Source: Hemiscyllium ocellatum
Taxonomy: Eukaryota
Assembly (NCBI RefSeq): GCF_020745735.1
Contig: NC_083409.1
Location: 20,170,341 to 20,234,340 of the forward strand
Direction: 5' to 3'
Length of the DNA stretch: 64,000 nucleotides
Part shown: piece after piece, positions 10,035 through 22,366 of the stretch
How positions within the stretch are numbered: position 1 is the stretch's first letter
How the letters are laid out: every line of letters begins with the position of its first letter
Position numbers and translations under genes: made by a program
Notes under the pieces: generated by a model
Told to the model about the DNA's origin: nothing
Database searches by the model: none
What the model saw: the letters and a program-made list of their open reading frames with translations, nothing else

Positions 10035-10816
10035 GAGGAGAAAGTGAGGACTGCAGATGCTGGAGATCAGAGTTGAAAATGTGTTGCTGGAAAAGTGCAG
10101 CAGGTCAGGCAGCATCTAAAGAGCAGGAGAACCAATGTTTCGGGCATGAGCCCTTCTTCAGGAATGAGGAAACTGTGTCCAGCAGGCTAAGATAAAAGGT
10201 AGGGAGGAGGGACTTGGGGGAGGGGCTTTGGAAATGCGATAGGTGGAAGGAGGTCAAGGTGAGGGTGATAGGCCGGAGTGGGGGTGGGGGCGGAGAGGTC
10301 TGGAAGAAGATTGCAGGTTAGGAAGGCGGTGCTGAGTTCGAGGGATTTAACTGAGACAAGTGGGGGGAGGGGAAATGAGGAAACTGGAGAAATCTAGATT
10401 CATCCCTTGTGGTTGGAGGGTTCCTAGGCGGAAGATGAGGCGCTCTTCCTCCAGCCATCGTGTTGCTATGGTCTGGCGATGGAGGAGTCCAAGGACCTGC
10501 ATGTCCTTGGCAGATTGGGAGGGGGAGTTGAAGTGTCGAGCCACGGGGTGGTTGGGTTGGTTGGTCAACCATCCCATGGCTCAACAGACCATAGCAACAC
10601 GACGCCTCATCTTCCGCCTAGGAACCCTCCAACCACAAGGGATGAACCCAGATTTATCCAGTTTCCTAATTTCCCCTCCCACCACCTTGTCTCAGTCAAA
10701 TCCCTCAAACTCAGCACCGCCTTCCTAATCTGCAATCTTCTTCCTGACCTTTCTGTCCTCACCCCACTCCGGCCTATCACCCTCACCATGACCTCCTTCC
10801 ACCTATCGCATTTCCA
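10035..10816 (-). mobile_element. Penelope-like element 3' end with an inverted partial copy (hairpin)
   Basis: Minus ORF 10347-10577 (NHPVARHFNSPSQ..RWLEEERLIFRLGTLQPQGMN) is a GIY-YIG C-terminus. 10566-10816 repeats part of it on plus. Degenerate hammerhead core at about 10130-10165 on minus. Confidence 0.85.
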
Positions 10817-10821
10817 GTGCC

Positions 10822-11085
10822 AACAGTAAACATGGACGTCAGTTCACGAGAGTGCTCCATGGAGAAACATGGGCCTCCTTCCCACTGAAGCTCCCAATAG
10901 AGACCAGTAAACATGGACATCATTCCTGCTTGAGCCTCCAATAAAGACCAGGAAATGTTGGCCTCCTTCCTAATGGACTCTCCAAAGGAGACCAGTAAAC
11001 ATGGACCACCTTCTGACTGGATACTCCAAGAATACCAGTAAATGTGGGCCTCCTATTCACTTGTCGTTCTAATAGAGACAAGTGG
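10822..11085. repeat. degenerate ~44-bp tandem array (resumes at 12328-12395 after a CR1 insertion)
   Basis: Units with core ACCAGTAAACATGG start at 10822, about 10865 (truncated), 10903, 10947, 10991, 11034 and 11078 (spacings 44,44,43,44). Confidence 0.8.
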
Positions 11086-12325
11086 ATAGTTGAGTTTTTG
11101 AAGAAATAGATAAAAATAGATCAGTACACATTGTCGACATGGACTTTAGCAAGGCCTTAGACAAGATTTCCTATGGTAAACTGCTTAGTAAGATTATATC
11201 ACAGAGGATCTAGGGAGAGCTAACCAATTGGATATAAAATGGGCCTGAAGGTAGGAGGCAGAGGTTGGTGAGAGAGGGTTGTTCTTCAGACTGGAGGCCA
11301 CTGACCAGCCGTCTGCCACAAGAATCGATCCTGGATCCACTGTTGTTCATCATTTACATGAACAATTTGGATGAGAAAATAGCAGGAATGGTCAGTAAGT
11401 TTGTGGCTGACATTAAAATTGTTGGCATCATGGACAGGGAAGATGGTTATCTAAGAGTGCAATGTCATCTTCATCAACTGGGCCAGTGGGTCAACAAATC
11501 CAGATGGAGTTTAATTTCGATAAATGCAAGGAGTTGCATTTTGGTAAGACCAACCAGGGCAGGAATTACACAACTAATGGTAGAGCCATGGGGAGTGTTG
11601 TTGAACAGAGACACTGAGGGGTACAGGTGCATAGTTCCTTGGAAGTGGTGTCACAGGGAGACATGGTGGTGAAGAAGGTATTTGGCTCGTGGACCTTCAA
11701 TGGTCAAAGCAGGAAGTACAGGAGCTGGGACATCATGTTACAGCTGTACAAGGCATTGGTAAGGCCACATTTGGACACTGTGTACATTCCTGCTCACCCT
11801 GCTGTAGGAAGGAAGTTACTGCACTGGTTTGGATAAAAGAAAGATTAACAGGGATGTTACCAAGGTTGGTGAGTTTGAATTACAAGGTGAGGATGGATAA
11901 GCCGAGAGATTTTTCCTGTGAATGCAGGAGATTGAGGGGTGACCTTAGAGGGGTTTATAGAATCATTAGGGCCATAGATAAGGAGAATAGCCAAAGTTTT
12001 TTTTTCCCCAGAGTAGGAGAGTCCAGTACGAGAAGGAATATGTTTAAGTTGAGAGGGGAAAGAATTAGAAGGGACCTGAGAGGCAACCTTTTCACACAGA
12101 GGTTGGTGTGTATGTGTAATAAGCTGCCACAGGAAGTGGTGGAGGGGAGTACAATTACTAAATTTCAAGGACATTTTTACAGGAACATGGATAGGAAGGA
12201 TTTAGAGGGGATTGGGCCAAATGCATGCGGATGGGACTAGTTCAGTTTTGGAAACTTGGTCGGCATGGATGAGTTGAGCAGAAGGGCCTGCTGCCACGCT
12301 GTAAACCTCTATGGCTCTATGATGA
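11086..12325 (+). mobile_element. CR1-type LINE, 5'-truncated
   Basis: ORFs 11265-11672 (PQESILDPLLFIIYMNNLD..KFVADIKI) and 11689-12240; tail CTCTATGGCTCTATG. Confidence 0.85.
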
Positions 12326-13254
12326 TGTAAACATGGGGCACCTTCCCATAGGACCAACAAACAGTAAACATGGGCCTCCTTCCTGAGCTGCAAACCCCAC
12401 ATCCTGTCCATCACATAGGTCCCTTATTTCAATCTGCACAACATTGTTTGTCTCTGCACTACCTCAGCCTCTTGACCACCAAAACCCCAATTCCTGCTCA
12501 TCCCACCTCCTGACTCTATGATTTCAATGTCTTCTCCCAGCTTCCTGAAGCCACATTCCATCAACCCCAACTTGTCTGATATGGAGTGGTCCCTTCCCTG
12601 TCTCACAACTACAGTTGTTCCAGAATCTGACCTCACTGCCAGCCAATTGCCTCCATGGCCTCCCTCCTCCCTCACTCTGTGTCCTGCTGTAGACTCACAT
12701 TCCCTCCCTCCCCCTTCCATCTTCTGTCTCTGGTCTCCTGCCCATTACTGCTTCCTCCATCCCACCATTGACAGCAGAGCCTTCAGACCCCGAGAGTATC
12801 CTCTCTGCCTTCTTCATCCCTCCCTCTCTCGTTGTTTGTGCTATTGAATATACTGTTTAGTTCCATCACTTTTGGTTCGCTGTTCCCTTGCCATTGATTT
12901 GCTGATTTATTCTAGTAAATCTAGTCTGGTGTGTTCTCTGAGTTGGTTCAAGAGTGTTTTGCTTGAGAAAACACTTCCGTGAACTGGTTTGTCTGTTTCT
13001 CCCAGTCTTTGTGTAAAGGTGAGACTAAGTGTGGAAAAGCTGTCATTTCATGGAGCAATCCAGTCAGTCCCACCCCCTCCCCTACTCGACCCCCAGAGCC
13101 TTGTAGGTTTATTTCCATCAAGAGCCCATCCAATCTGCCATTGCAATCACTGAGTGTCTTCACCTGCCTCACCTGAATGGGCACTAATTTCCAAGTCATT
13201 ACGAATTGCTGCTAAAAGAAGTTCTTCCTGACATCCCATATCTCTTGCCCAACA

Positions 13255-13785
13255 AAATGCAAGGTAATCTCAATGTGAAGATGGGATTTTGTCTGCACAC
13301 GGACTGTGCAGTTGTCACCCTTACTGATACTGTCATGGACAGATACACCAGCAGCAGGCAGGTTGGTGAGGGTGATAGTGAGTATGTTTTTCCCTCTTGT
13401 TGGTTCCCTCACCACCTGCCCCAGGTCCAGTCGAGCAGCTGAATCAGGTGGAACCTGACCAGCTTGCTCAGTAGTGATGCTTCTGAGCAGCTCTTGATGG
13501 TGGACTTTGAAGTCCCTTACTCAGGGTATATCCTGCATCATTCCCTCCTTCAGTGCTCCCTCCAAGTGTTGTTCAACATGGAGGAGGACTGACTGCTCAG
13601 TTGAGGTTGGAGGGGAGGGCGGTGCTATGTGGTAATCAGCAGGAGGTTTCCTTCCCCATGTTTGACCTGTTGTCATGAGGCTTCATGGATTCCATAGTTA
13701 ATGGTGAGGACTCCCAGGGCAACTCCCTTCCGACTGTACACACCACTGTGTTGCCTCCCCTGCTTGGTCTATCCTGCCAGTTAAA
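13255..13785 (-). mobile_element. APE-endonuclease region of a non-CR1 LINE (clade unresolved)
   Basis: ORF 13212-13415 REPTRGKNIL..LTNLP..SVHDSISKGD. Same family as 39050-40340, same orientation, so an independent insertion. Confidence 0.6.
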
Positions 13786-13980
13786 AACTGAATGAGGGAA
13801 CAATTCCATTCAGGTTTTACAGCTTGGAGACAGAGCTGCTGCTGGATTCTGTTTCTGATCTCCGAGTGCAGGCGTATGTGTTTGTGAGAGAGTGACTGTC
13901 CTCTTTCCCATCACTGTGCTGTTTCTGAAAAGAAAAATCCCAGAACCAGCCTCCTGTGCTGTCAGGTTCTCGGGAGTGCA

Positions 13981-14220
13981 GACAGTTCACAGTTTTCTCC
14001 CGTCTCAGTAACAAACATCCAGCTGCTCCGAGCTCTTTATTTCACTTCCTCTTTTGGTGAAGTTTCAACCTTGCGATCTGACAGTCTTTGCAGTTATTTT
14101 TTACACTGGGGCTTTCTGCTGTGGTCAGAATCTCTAATAATAAGTGTCCAATCAGTGACAATCACAGCAACTAAGAGCAGTCAGGACTGAGGAGCCAGGC
14201 TCACTGGGAAACACATTGGG
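13981..14220. promoter_or_regulatory. conserved non-coding element, candidate B-cell enhancer (copy 1)
   Basis: 231/240 identical, no indels, to the reverse complement of 37753-37992. Contains an EICE (GGAAGTGAAA on minus, 14040-14049), CAGCTG 14020, TGTGGT 14120 and CCAAT 14148. Confidence 0.6.
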
Positions 14221-14879
14221 AAGATCAAAGCCATTCCTCTTCAGCTCCCAGTACAAACTCTATCCCTCTCCCTGAGCACTGCCTGCTGCTCAACCAGACT
14301 CTTTACAAACTTGGCCTCATCTTTGGGGCTGATCTGAGCACCATATCCTCCATCTCACAAAGATCAGCAACTGAAAATCTCTGTCATGTGCATGGGACTC
14401 CAAACATGACCATACCAATGTTGTGCTTGCACACATCACAGCCACTGCCCTCCGTAACCTTCAGCTCATCCCAATTTCTGCTGCCCCATATCTAAACTCG
14501 TATCAAATCCCATTCCTCCAACCCCCTGCGCCCTGTGCCTACATTGGCTCCTGGTCCAGCAACACCTTGATTTTCAAATTCTCATCCTTGTTCTCAAGTC
14601 CTTCCCTGTCCTCCACTCTCCCTATCTCTGTAACCTCCTCCAAACTGCCTCACTCAGTGTGATCAACAATCTTGGATATATGGCTGTCTATTCCTTCATC
14701 CAAGTCATTTAGAAATATCGTGAAATGCTGAGGTTCTAGCCCAATTCCCTGGCGACACCACTATCCACATTTTGCTCATTGGAGAGCACACACATTATCC
14801 CTCCTCTCTGTCTCCTACCTCCAAACTAATTTCTGACCAAAGATAAATACTTTTCTCTAACTGGCGAGAATGGGAGAAA

Positions 14880-15905
14880 GCAGAGGGACATAGTGGAAGG
14901 ATACTTGTCAGACTGGAGGCCTGAGTCTAGTGGAGTGCCTCAGGATTGATGCTGGGCCCATGATTGTTTGTTATCAATATCAATGATTTAGAAGACATTA
15001 CAATAGCTGGTATTGTGGACAATGAGGAAGGTTATCAGATATTGTAACAGGACCTTGATCAGCTGTGGAAGTGGGAAAAGAAATGATAAATTGAGTTTAA
15101 TGTAGATAAGTATGAGGTCTTGCATTTTGGAAAGTTAAATCAAGGTAGGAGTTTCATGGTGAATGGAAAGGCCTTAAGGACTGTAGTGGAACAGTGGGAT
15201 CTCGGAGTTCAGGTGCACAGTTCTCTGAAAGTTGAGTCACAGTTAGACAGGGCAGTGAAGAAGGCTTTTGGCACACTGGCCGTCATCAGTCAGGGCACTG
15301 GGTGTAGAAGTTGGGAAGTTATGTTTCAATTGTACATGACGTTGGTGAGGCTGCACTTGGAGTATTGTGTTCAGTTTTGGTCACCTTGTTATATGAGGGA
15401 TATTATTAAACTGGAAAGAGAGCAGAATAAATTTACAAGGATGTTGCCAGGTTTCAACATCTAAGTTTTTGGGTGAGGTTGGACAAGCTAGGACATTTTT
15501 ATGAAGAGTGTCGGAGACTAAAGGGGAATCTTTTAGAAGTGTATAAGATCTTGAGAGACATGGATAGGGTGACTGCACTCAATCTTTGTCCCAGTGTTGG
15601 GGAATCAAGGACTAGAGGGCATCAGTTGAAGGTTAGAATAAACGGGAAGCTGAGGGGCAACATTTTTACACAGAGGGTGGTACTCGTATAGAATGAGCTG
15701 CCAGTTGAAGTGATTGAGGCGGGTACATTAACAACATTTAAAAGGCATTTGGACAAATACATAGATAGTATGCAATTTGAAGGATATAGGCCAAGTGCAG
15801 GGAAATGGAGTTAGTGTAGAGGGATATTTTGGTCAGCACGGTCCAGTTTGGGCCAAAGGGCCTGTCTCTGTGCTGTAGGACTCGATGACTCTGTGACTCT
15901 ATAAT
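14880..15905 (+). mobile_element. CR1-type LINE, 5'-truncated
   Basis: ORFs 15120-15464 (LYMTLVRLHLEYCVQFWSP) and 15473-15691; GACTCTGT-type tail. Confidence 0.85.
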
Positions 15906-15939
15906 TCCATATGTTTCCATGTTTATGAACAGTCTCTCA

Positions 15940-17225
15940 AACATAGAAACAAAGGAACTAGGAGCAGGAGGAGGCCATTCAGCCCTTCGAGTCAGCTCTG
16001 CCAGTCAATATGACCATGGCTGATCATCCAACTTAGTCCCCTGTTCCCACTTTTTCTCCATAACCTTTAATCCCTTTCGTCCTAAGATCTTTACCTGTCG
16101 CCTTCTTGAAAACATTTCATGTTTTGGGCTCAACTGCTTTCTGTGACAGAATATTCCATGAGCTTCCCACTCTCTGGCAAAAGAAATGTCTCCTCAGCTC
16201 AGTCCGAAATGGCCTTTCCCTTTTCTTTAAACTGTAATTCCTGGTTCTGGACTCTCCAGTCATCAGGAACACAATTCCCGTGTTTACCGGTCTTATCCTG
16301 TTAGGATTTTACAGGTTTCAATGTGATTCCTCTCAAATTTCTAAGCCCCAGTGAATATAATCCTAACTGATCCAGTTTCTCATCAGATCTAAATGCTGTC
16401 CTCCCAGGAATCAGTCTGGTAAACCTTCGCTGCCCTCCCTCCACAGCCAGAACATCCTTCCTCAGATAAGGAGACCAAAACTGCACACAATAGAAACATA
16501 AAATCACACAGTGTAGAAGAGGCCCTTCAGCCCATTAACTGTGTACCAGCCAAACTACACTAAACCTACACGAGTCCCACTTTCCAACGTGAGGCCCATA
16601 GCTTGAATGTTATGATATTTCAACTGTTCACCCAAGTACTTTTTCAAGTTTGTGAGGTTTCCCACCTCAACTACCCTCCCAGGCTGTGCATTCCAGACCC
16701 CCACCACCCTCTGGGTAAAAAACACTTTCCTCAAAACATCTTGAAACCTCCTTTCTTTGACATTGAATGTGAGCCAACTTGTTATTGACCCTCCCAAGAA
16801 GGAGAACAGCTGCTTTCTCTCCTCCCTGTCAATTCCCCTCATAACCTTATACACCTTGATCAGGTCCCCCTCCACCTTCTCTGCTCTGAAGAAAACAACC
16901 CGAGATGATCCAATTTCTCATCATCACTGAAAGGTTCCATCCCACACAACATCCTGGTGATTCCCCTCTGCACCCCATCCAGTGCAATCACCTCCTTCCT
17001 ACAGTGTGGTGACCTGAACTGCACACAGTACTCCAACTGTGGTCTCACCAATGTTCTGCTTAACTGCAACATAGCCTCCTGCTTTTATAACCAATACCTG
17101 ACATGACAAAGGCAAGTGTCCCCTATGCCTTCATAACTGCTCTGTTAACCTGTCTTGCCATATTCAGGGGTCAGTGGAGAAGCACCCCAAGATCACTCTG
17201 TTCCTTTGAACTTCCTCAGTTCAAA
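15940..17225 (-). mobile_element. two adjacent CR1 3' fragments
   Basis: ORFs 16301-16507, 16555-16875 and 16860-17072 carry YCVQF and FFTQRVVGVWN motifs. Confidence 0.75.
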
Positions 17226-19277
17226 GAACAAAGAGCAATGAAAATTACAGCATAAGAACTGGCCCTTTGGCCCTACTAGCCTGCACTGGTCTATATTCTC
17301 CACCTAAACCTGTCATCAATTTTCCAAGGGTCTATCTCCCTTTGCTCCCTGCCCATCCATGTATCTATCTAGATATATCTTAAATGATGCTATTGTGCCT
17401 GCCTCTACCACCTCCACTGGCAACGTGTTCCAGGACCAATCACTTTCTGTGTGAAGAACTTTCCATACATATCTCCTTTAAATGTTTCCACTCTCACTTT
17501 CAACTCATGACCCAGAGTAATTGAGTCCCCCACTCTGGGAAAAAGCTTCTTGCTATCCACCCTGTCTACACCTCTCATGATTTTGTAGACCCCAATCAAC
17601 GTTCAACTTTCTAATGAGAATAATCTTAATCTACTAAGCATCTCTTCATAGCTAGTGCCCTCCATACCAGGTAATCCTGGTGAACCTCCTCTGCACCCTC
17701 TCCAAAGCATCCACATCTTTCTGGTAATGTGGCAACCAGAACTGTACGCAGTATTCCAAATGTGGCCAAGCCAAAGTCCGATATAATTCTAATATGACCT
17801 TCCAACTCTTGTACTGAATACCATGTCTGGTGAAGGAAGCTATGCCATATACCTTCTTGACCACTCTATCGACCTGTGTTGTCACCTCCAGGGTACAATG
17901 GACCTGAACACCCAGGTCTCTCTGGGCATCAATTTTCCCAGGGTGTTCCATTCACCGTACAGTTTACTCCAGATTTGGATCTTCCAAAATTCATCAGATT
18001 GCATTTGCCCGGATTGAACTCCATCCGTCCGTTTTCTGCCCAATTCTCCAATCTATCTATATTCTGCTACACTCTCTGACAGTCCCTTTCACTATCTGCT
18101 ACTCCACCAATCTTAGTGTCATTTGGAAACTTGTGACTCAGACCACCTATACCTTCCTCCAGATCATTTATGTATATCAAAAACAAGAGTGGTGCCAGCA
18201 CAGATTCCTGTTCTCCATTCTGAGAAACTCCTTCCACTACTACTGTCTGTCTTCTGTTGCCCAGCCTGTTCCCTATCCATCTAGTGAGTACACTCTGGAC
18301 CCCATATGACTTTAATTTCTTTATCAGGCTACCATGGGGAACTTTATCAAACACATTCCTGAAATCCATGTGTATGACATTCACGGCCCTTCCCTCATCA
18401 ATCAACTTCATCACTTCTTCAAAAGATTCTATAAAGTTGGTAAGACATGATATTCCCTGCACAACTTCATGCTCCCGATAACTGATAATTCAATTTTCGT
18501 CCAAATGTAAATAGATCTTATCCCTCAGTATCTTCTCCAGCAGCTTTCCTACCACTACATCAGGCTCACTAGTTGGTAGTTACCTGGATTATCCTGGCTA
18601 CCCTTCTTAAACATTAGCAATTCTCCAGTCCTCTGGGACCTCATCCATGTTCAAGGTTGCTACAAAGATATCGATTAAGGCCCCAGCTATTTCCTCTCTT
18701 GCTTCCCTCAGTAAGCTGGGATCGATCCCATCCCGACCTGGGGACTTGTGCACCTTGATGCCTTTTAAAATACCCAACACTTCCTCCCTCCTTAAACCGA
18801 CTTGACCCTGAGTAATCAAACATCTATCCCCAACTTCAACATCTGTCATTTCCCCCTCCTTGGTGAATACCGACGTAAAGCACTCATTAAGAATTTCATC
18901 CATTTTCTCTGACTCCACACATAACATTCCTCCTTTGCCCTTGAGTGGGCCAACCCTTTCTCTAGTCACCCACTTGCTCCTTATATATGAATAAAAGGAT
19001 TTGGGATTTTCCTTAATCCTGTTTGTGAATGATATTTTGTGACCCTTTTTAGCCCTTTTAGTTCCTCACTTCAGATTGGTCCTACTTTCACAATATTCTT
19101 CCAAAGCTTTGTCTGTTTTCAGCTACTTAGACCTTATGTATGCATCCTTTTTCCTCTTAGCTAGTCTCACAATTTCATCTGTCATCCAGCGTTTCCTAAT
19201 CCTGCCATTTCAATCCCTTATTTTCACAGGAACATGTCTGTCCTGACTCTAGTCAACCTCTCTTTAAAAGCCTCCCA

Positions 19278-19555
19278 CATATCAAATTTCAGAACTGAAA
19301 TGCGGAGACATTTCTCCAGCCAGAGGACGGTGGGCCTGTGGAATTCATTGCTGCAGAGTGCAGTGAAGGCTGGGATGCTAAATGTCTTCAAGGCAGATAT
19401 TGATAAATTCTTGATGTCACAGGGAATTAAGGGCTGTGGGAAGAATGTGGGCAAGTGGAGTTGAAATGCCCATCAGCCACGATTGAATGGCAGTGTGGAC
19501 TCAATGGGCCGAATGGCCTTACTTCCACTCCTATGTCTTATGGTCTTATGGTCTA
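19278..19555 (+). mobile_element. short young CR1 3' end nested in the older CR1
   Basis: FRTEMRRHFSSQRTVGLWNSL; tail (CTTATGGT)n; very similar to 21023-21300. Confidence 0.8.
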
Positions 19556-19603
19556 AATGTGGATTTCCCTTTAAACAGCTGCTCCCAATCCACATTCCCC
19601 AGC

Positions 19604-19880
19604 TGGGCGGCACGGTGGCACAGTGGTTAGCACTGCTGTCTCACAGCGCCTGAGACCCGGGTTCAATTCCTGACTCAGGTGACTGACTGTGTGGAGCTTG
19701 CATGTTGTCTGCGTGGGTTTCCTCCCACAGTCCAAAGATGTGCGGGTCAGGTGAATTGGCCATGCTAAATTGCCCGTAGTGTTAGGTAAGGGGTAAATGT
19801 AGGGGCATGGGTGGGTTGCGGGTCGGTGTGGACTTGTTGGGCCAAAGGGCCTGTTTCCACACTGTAAGTAATCTAATCTA
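19604..19880 (+). mobile_element. HE1-type SINE
   Basis: GGGCGGCACGGTGGCACAGTGG head, GGTTCAATTCC B box, GTAATCTAATCT tail. Confidence 0.9.
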
Positions 19881-22366
19881 AAAAACAAGCTCCTTCCAAA
19901 TTTTGCTGCAGTTGGCCTTCCCCCAGTTTAGCCGTCTACCTTTCAGACCACTCTTGTCTTTGTCCATGAGCATTCTAAAACTTATGGAATTATGGTCACT
20001 GTTACCAAAATAATCCCCTACTGAAATTTCAACCACCTGGCCGGGCTCATTCCCCAAAACCAGGTCCAGTATGGCCCCTTCCTGAGTTAGACTATTTCCA
20101 TATTACTCTGTAAAATCCTCCAGGATGCTCCTTACAAATTCTGCTCCATCTTAACTTCTAACATTAAGTGAATCCCAGTCAATGTTGGGAAAATTAAACT
20201 CTTCCATCACCACCGAGATGTAACTCCTACATCTTTCCATAATCTGTTTACATATTTGCACCTCTAGCCCAGGTTCACTGTTAGGAGACTTGTATATTAG
20301 CACCAACATCGTTACTGCACCCTTCCTGTTTCTGAGCTCTGCCCATATTGCCCCACTGCTCGAGTCCTCCATAGTGCCCTCTTTCACACACCTGTGGTAT
20401 CCACTCTGACCAGTAATGCAACTCCTCCATCCCTTTACCTGCCTCTCGAACCTATCTGATACATCTGTATCCTGGGATATTTAGTTGCCAATCTTGCCCT
20501 TCCCTCAACCACGTCTCCGTAATAGTAATAACATCATACTCCCAGATACTAATCCAAGCCCTAAATTCCTCTGCCTTACCTACTACACTTCTCACATTAA
20601 AACAAATGTGCCTAAGACCATTTGTTCCTTAGCGTTCATCATCTGCTCCCTACCTACTCTTAACCTTAGTCACGCTGACTTCAATATCTAGTTCCTGACA
20701 GGCTTTAGTTACTCCCTTCTTATTGCCCACTAACCTCCTCATTTGGTTCCCATCCCTCTGCTACACTATTTTGAACCCTCCCCAAGAGCGTGATCAAACA
20801 CATCCCTCAGGACACTGGTTTCAGTCCTGCCCAGGTGTAGACCACTCGATTTGTAATTGTCCCACCTCCCCAGGAACCAGTCCCAATGTCCCAAAAATCT
20901 GAACCCCTCCCTCCTGCACCATCTCTCAAGCCACGCATTCATCCTGCCTATACTTTCATTTCGACTCTGACTAGCACATGGCACTGGGAGCAATCCTGAG
21001 ATTACTACCTCTGAGATCCTACCATAAGACCATAAGACATAGGAGTAGAAGTAAGGCCATTTGGCCCATCGAGTCCACTCCGCCATTCAATCATGGCTGA
21101 TTGGCATTTCAACTCCACTTACCCGCATTCTCCCCGTAGCCCTTAATTCCTCGAGACATCAAGAATCTATCAATCTCTGCCTTGAAGACAATTAGCGTTC
21201 CGGCCTCCACTGCACTCTGCGGCAATGAATTCCACAGGCCCACCACTCTCTGGCTGAAGAAATGTCTCCGCATTTCTGTTCTGAATTGACCCCCTCTAAT
21301 TTTAAGGCTGTGTCCACGGGTCCTAGTCTCCTCGCCTAACGGAAACAATTTCCTAGTGTCCACCCTTTCCAAGCCATGTATTATCTTGTATGTCTCTATT
21401 AAGTCTCCCCTTAATCTTCTAAACTCCAATGAATACAATCCCAGTATCCTCAGCCGTTCCTCATATGTTAGACCTACCATTCCAGGGATCATCCGTGTGA
21501 ATCTCTGCTGGACACGTTCCAGTGCCAGTATGTCCTTCCTGAGGTGTGGAGACAAAAACTGGACACAGTCCTCCAAATGGGCCTAACCAGTAGCACAACG
21601 GTGCTTTTATATTCCAACCCTCTTGAGATAAGTGACAACATTGCATTCGCTTTCTTAATCACGGACTCAACCTGCATATTTACCTTTAGAGAATCCTCGA
21701 CTAGCACTCCCAGATCCCTTTGTACTTTGGCTTTACAAATTTTCTCACCGTTTAGAAAGTAGTCTATGCTTTTATTTTTTTTGCCAAAGTGCAAGACCTC
21801 GCATTTGCTCACATTGAATTCCATCAGCCATTTCCTGGACCACTCTCCCAAACTGTCTAGATCCTTCTGTAGTCTTCCCACTTCCTCAGTACTACCTGCC
21901 TGTCCACCTAACTTCGTATCACCTGTAAACTTCGCTAGAATGCCCCCAGTCCCTTCATCCAGATCATTAATATATAATGCGAACAGCTGTGGCCCCAACA
22001 CTGAACCCTGCGGGACACTGCTCATCATCGGCTGCCATTCTGAAAAAGAACCTTTTATCCCAACTCTCTGCCTTCTGTCAGACAGCCAATCCTCAATCCA
22101 TCCCAGTAGCTCACCTCGAACACCATGGGTCCTCACCTTGCTCAGCAGCCTCCCATGTGGCACCTTAGCAAAGGCCTTTTGGAAGTCTAGATAGACCACA
22201 TCCACTGGGTTTCCCTGGTCTAACCTACTTGTCACCTCTTCAAAGAATTCCAACAGGTTTGTCAGGCATGACTTCCCCTTACTGAACCCATGTTGACTTG
22301 TTCTAATCAGACTCTGCTCTTCTTAGAATTTAGAAACCTCATCCTTAATGATGGATTCTAGAATTT

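Larger units (their letters stand above)
17226..21022 (-). mobile_element. long degenerate CR1 (end of ORF1, endonuclease, RT, tail) with nested insertions
   Basis: Minus ORFs 17652-17951, 18067-18462 (CLTNFIESFEE..MDFRNVFDKVPH), 18607-18969, 20151-20387 (FNFPNIDW) and 20766-21086 (NAWLERWCRREGFRFLGHW). Confidence 0.85.

Noticed and set aside
10822-11085. CRISPR-like look of the 44-bp array
   Set aside because: Eukaryotic context, degenerate core, spacers related to each other, no cas genes.
14090-14105. MEF2 site in the conserved upstream element (GTTATTTTTTAC)
   Set aside because: Does not fit YTAWWWWTAR spacing; left uncalled.
19604-19690. tRNA-like A/B boxes at the heads of HE1 copies
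   Set aside because: These are SINE heads continuous with the SINE body, not standalone tRNA genes.
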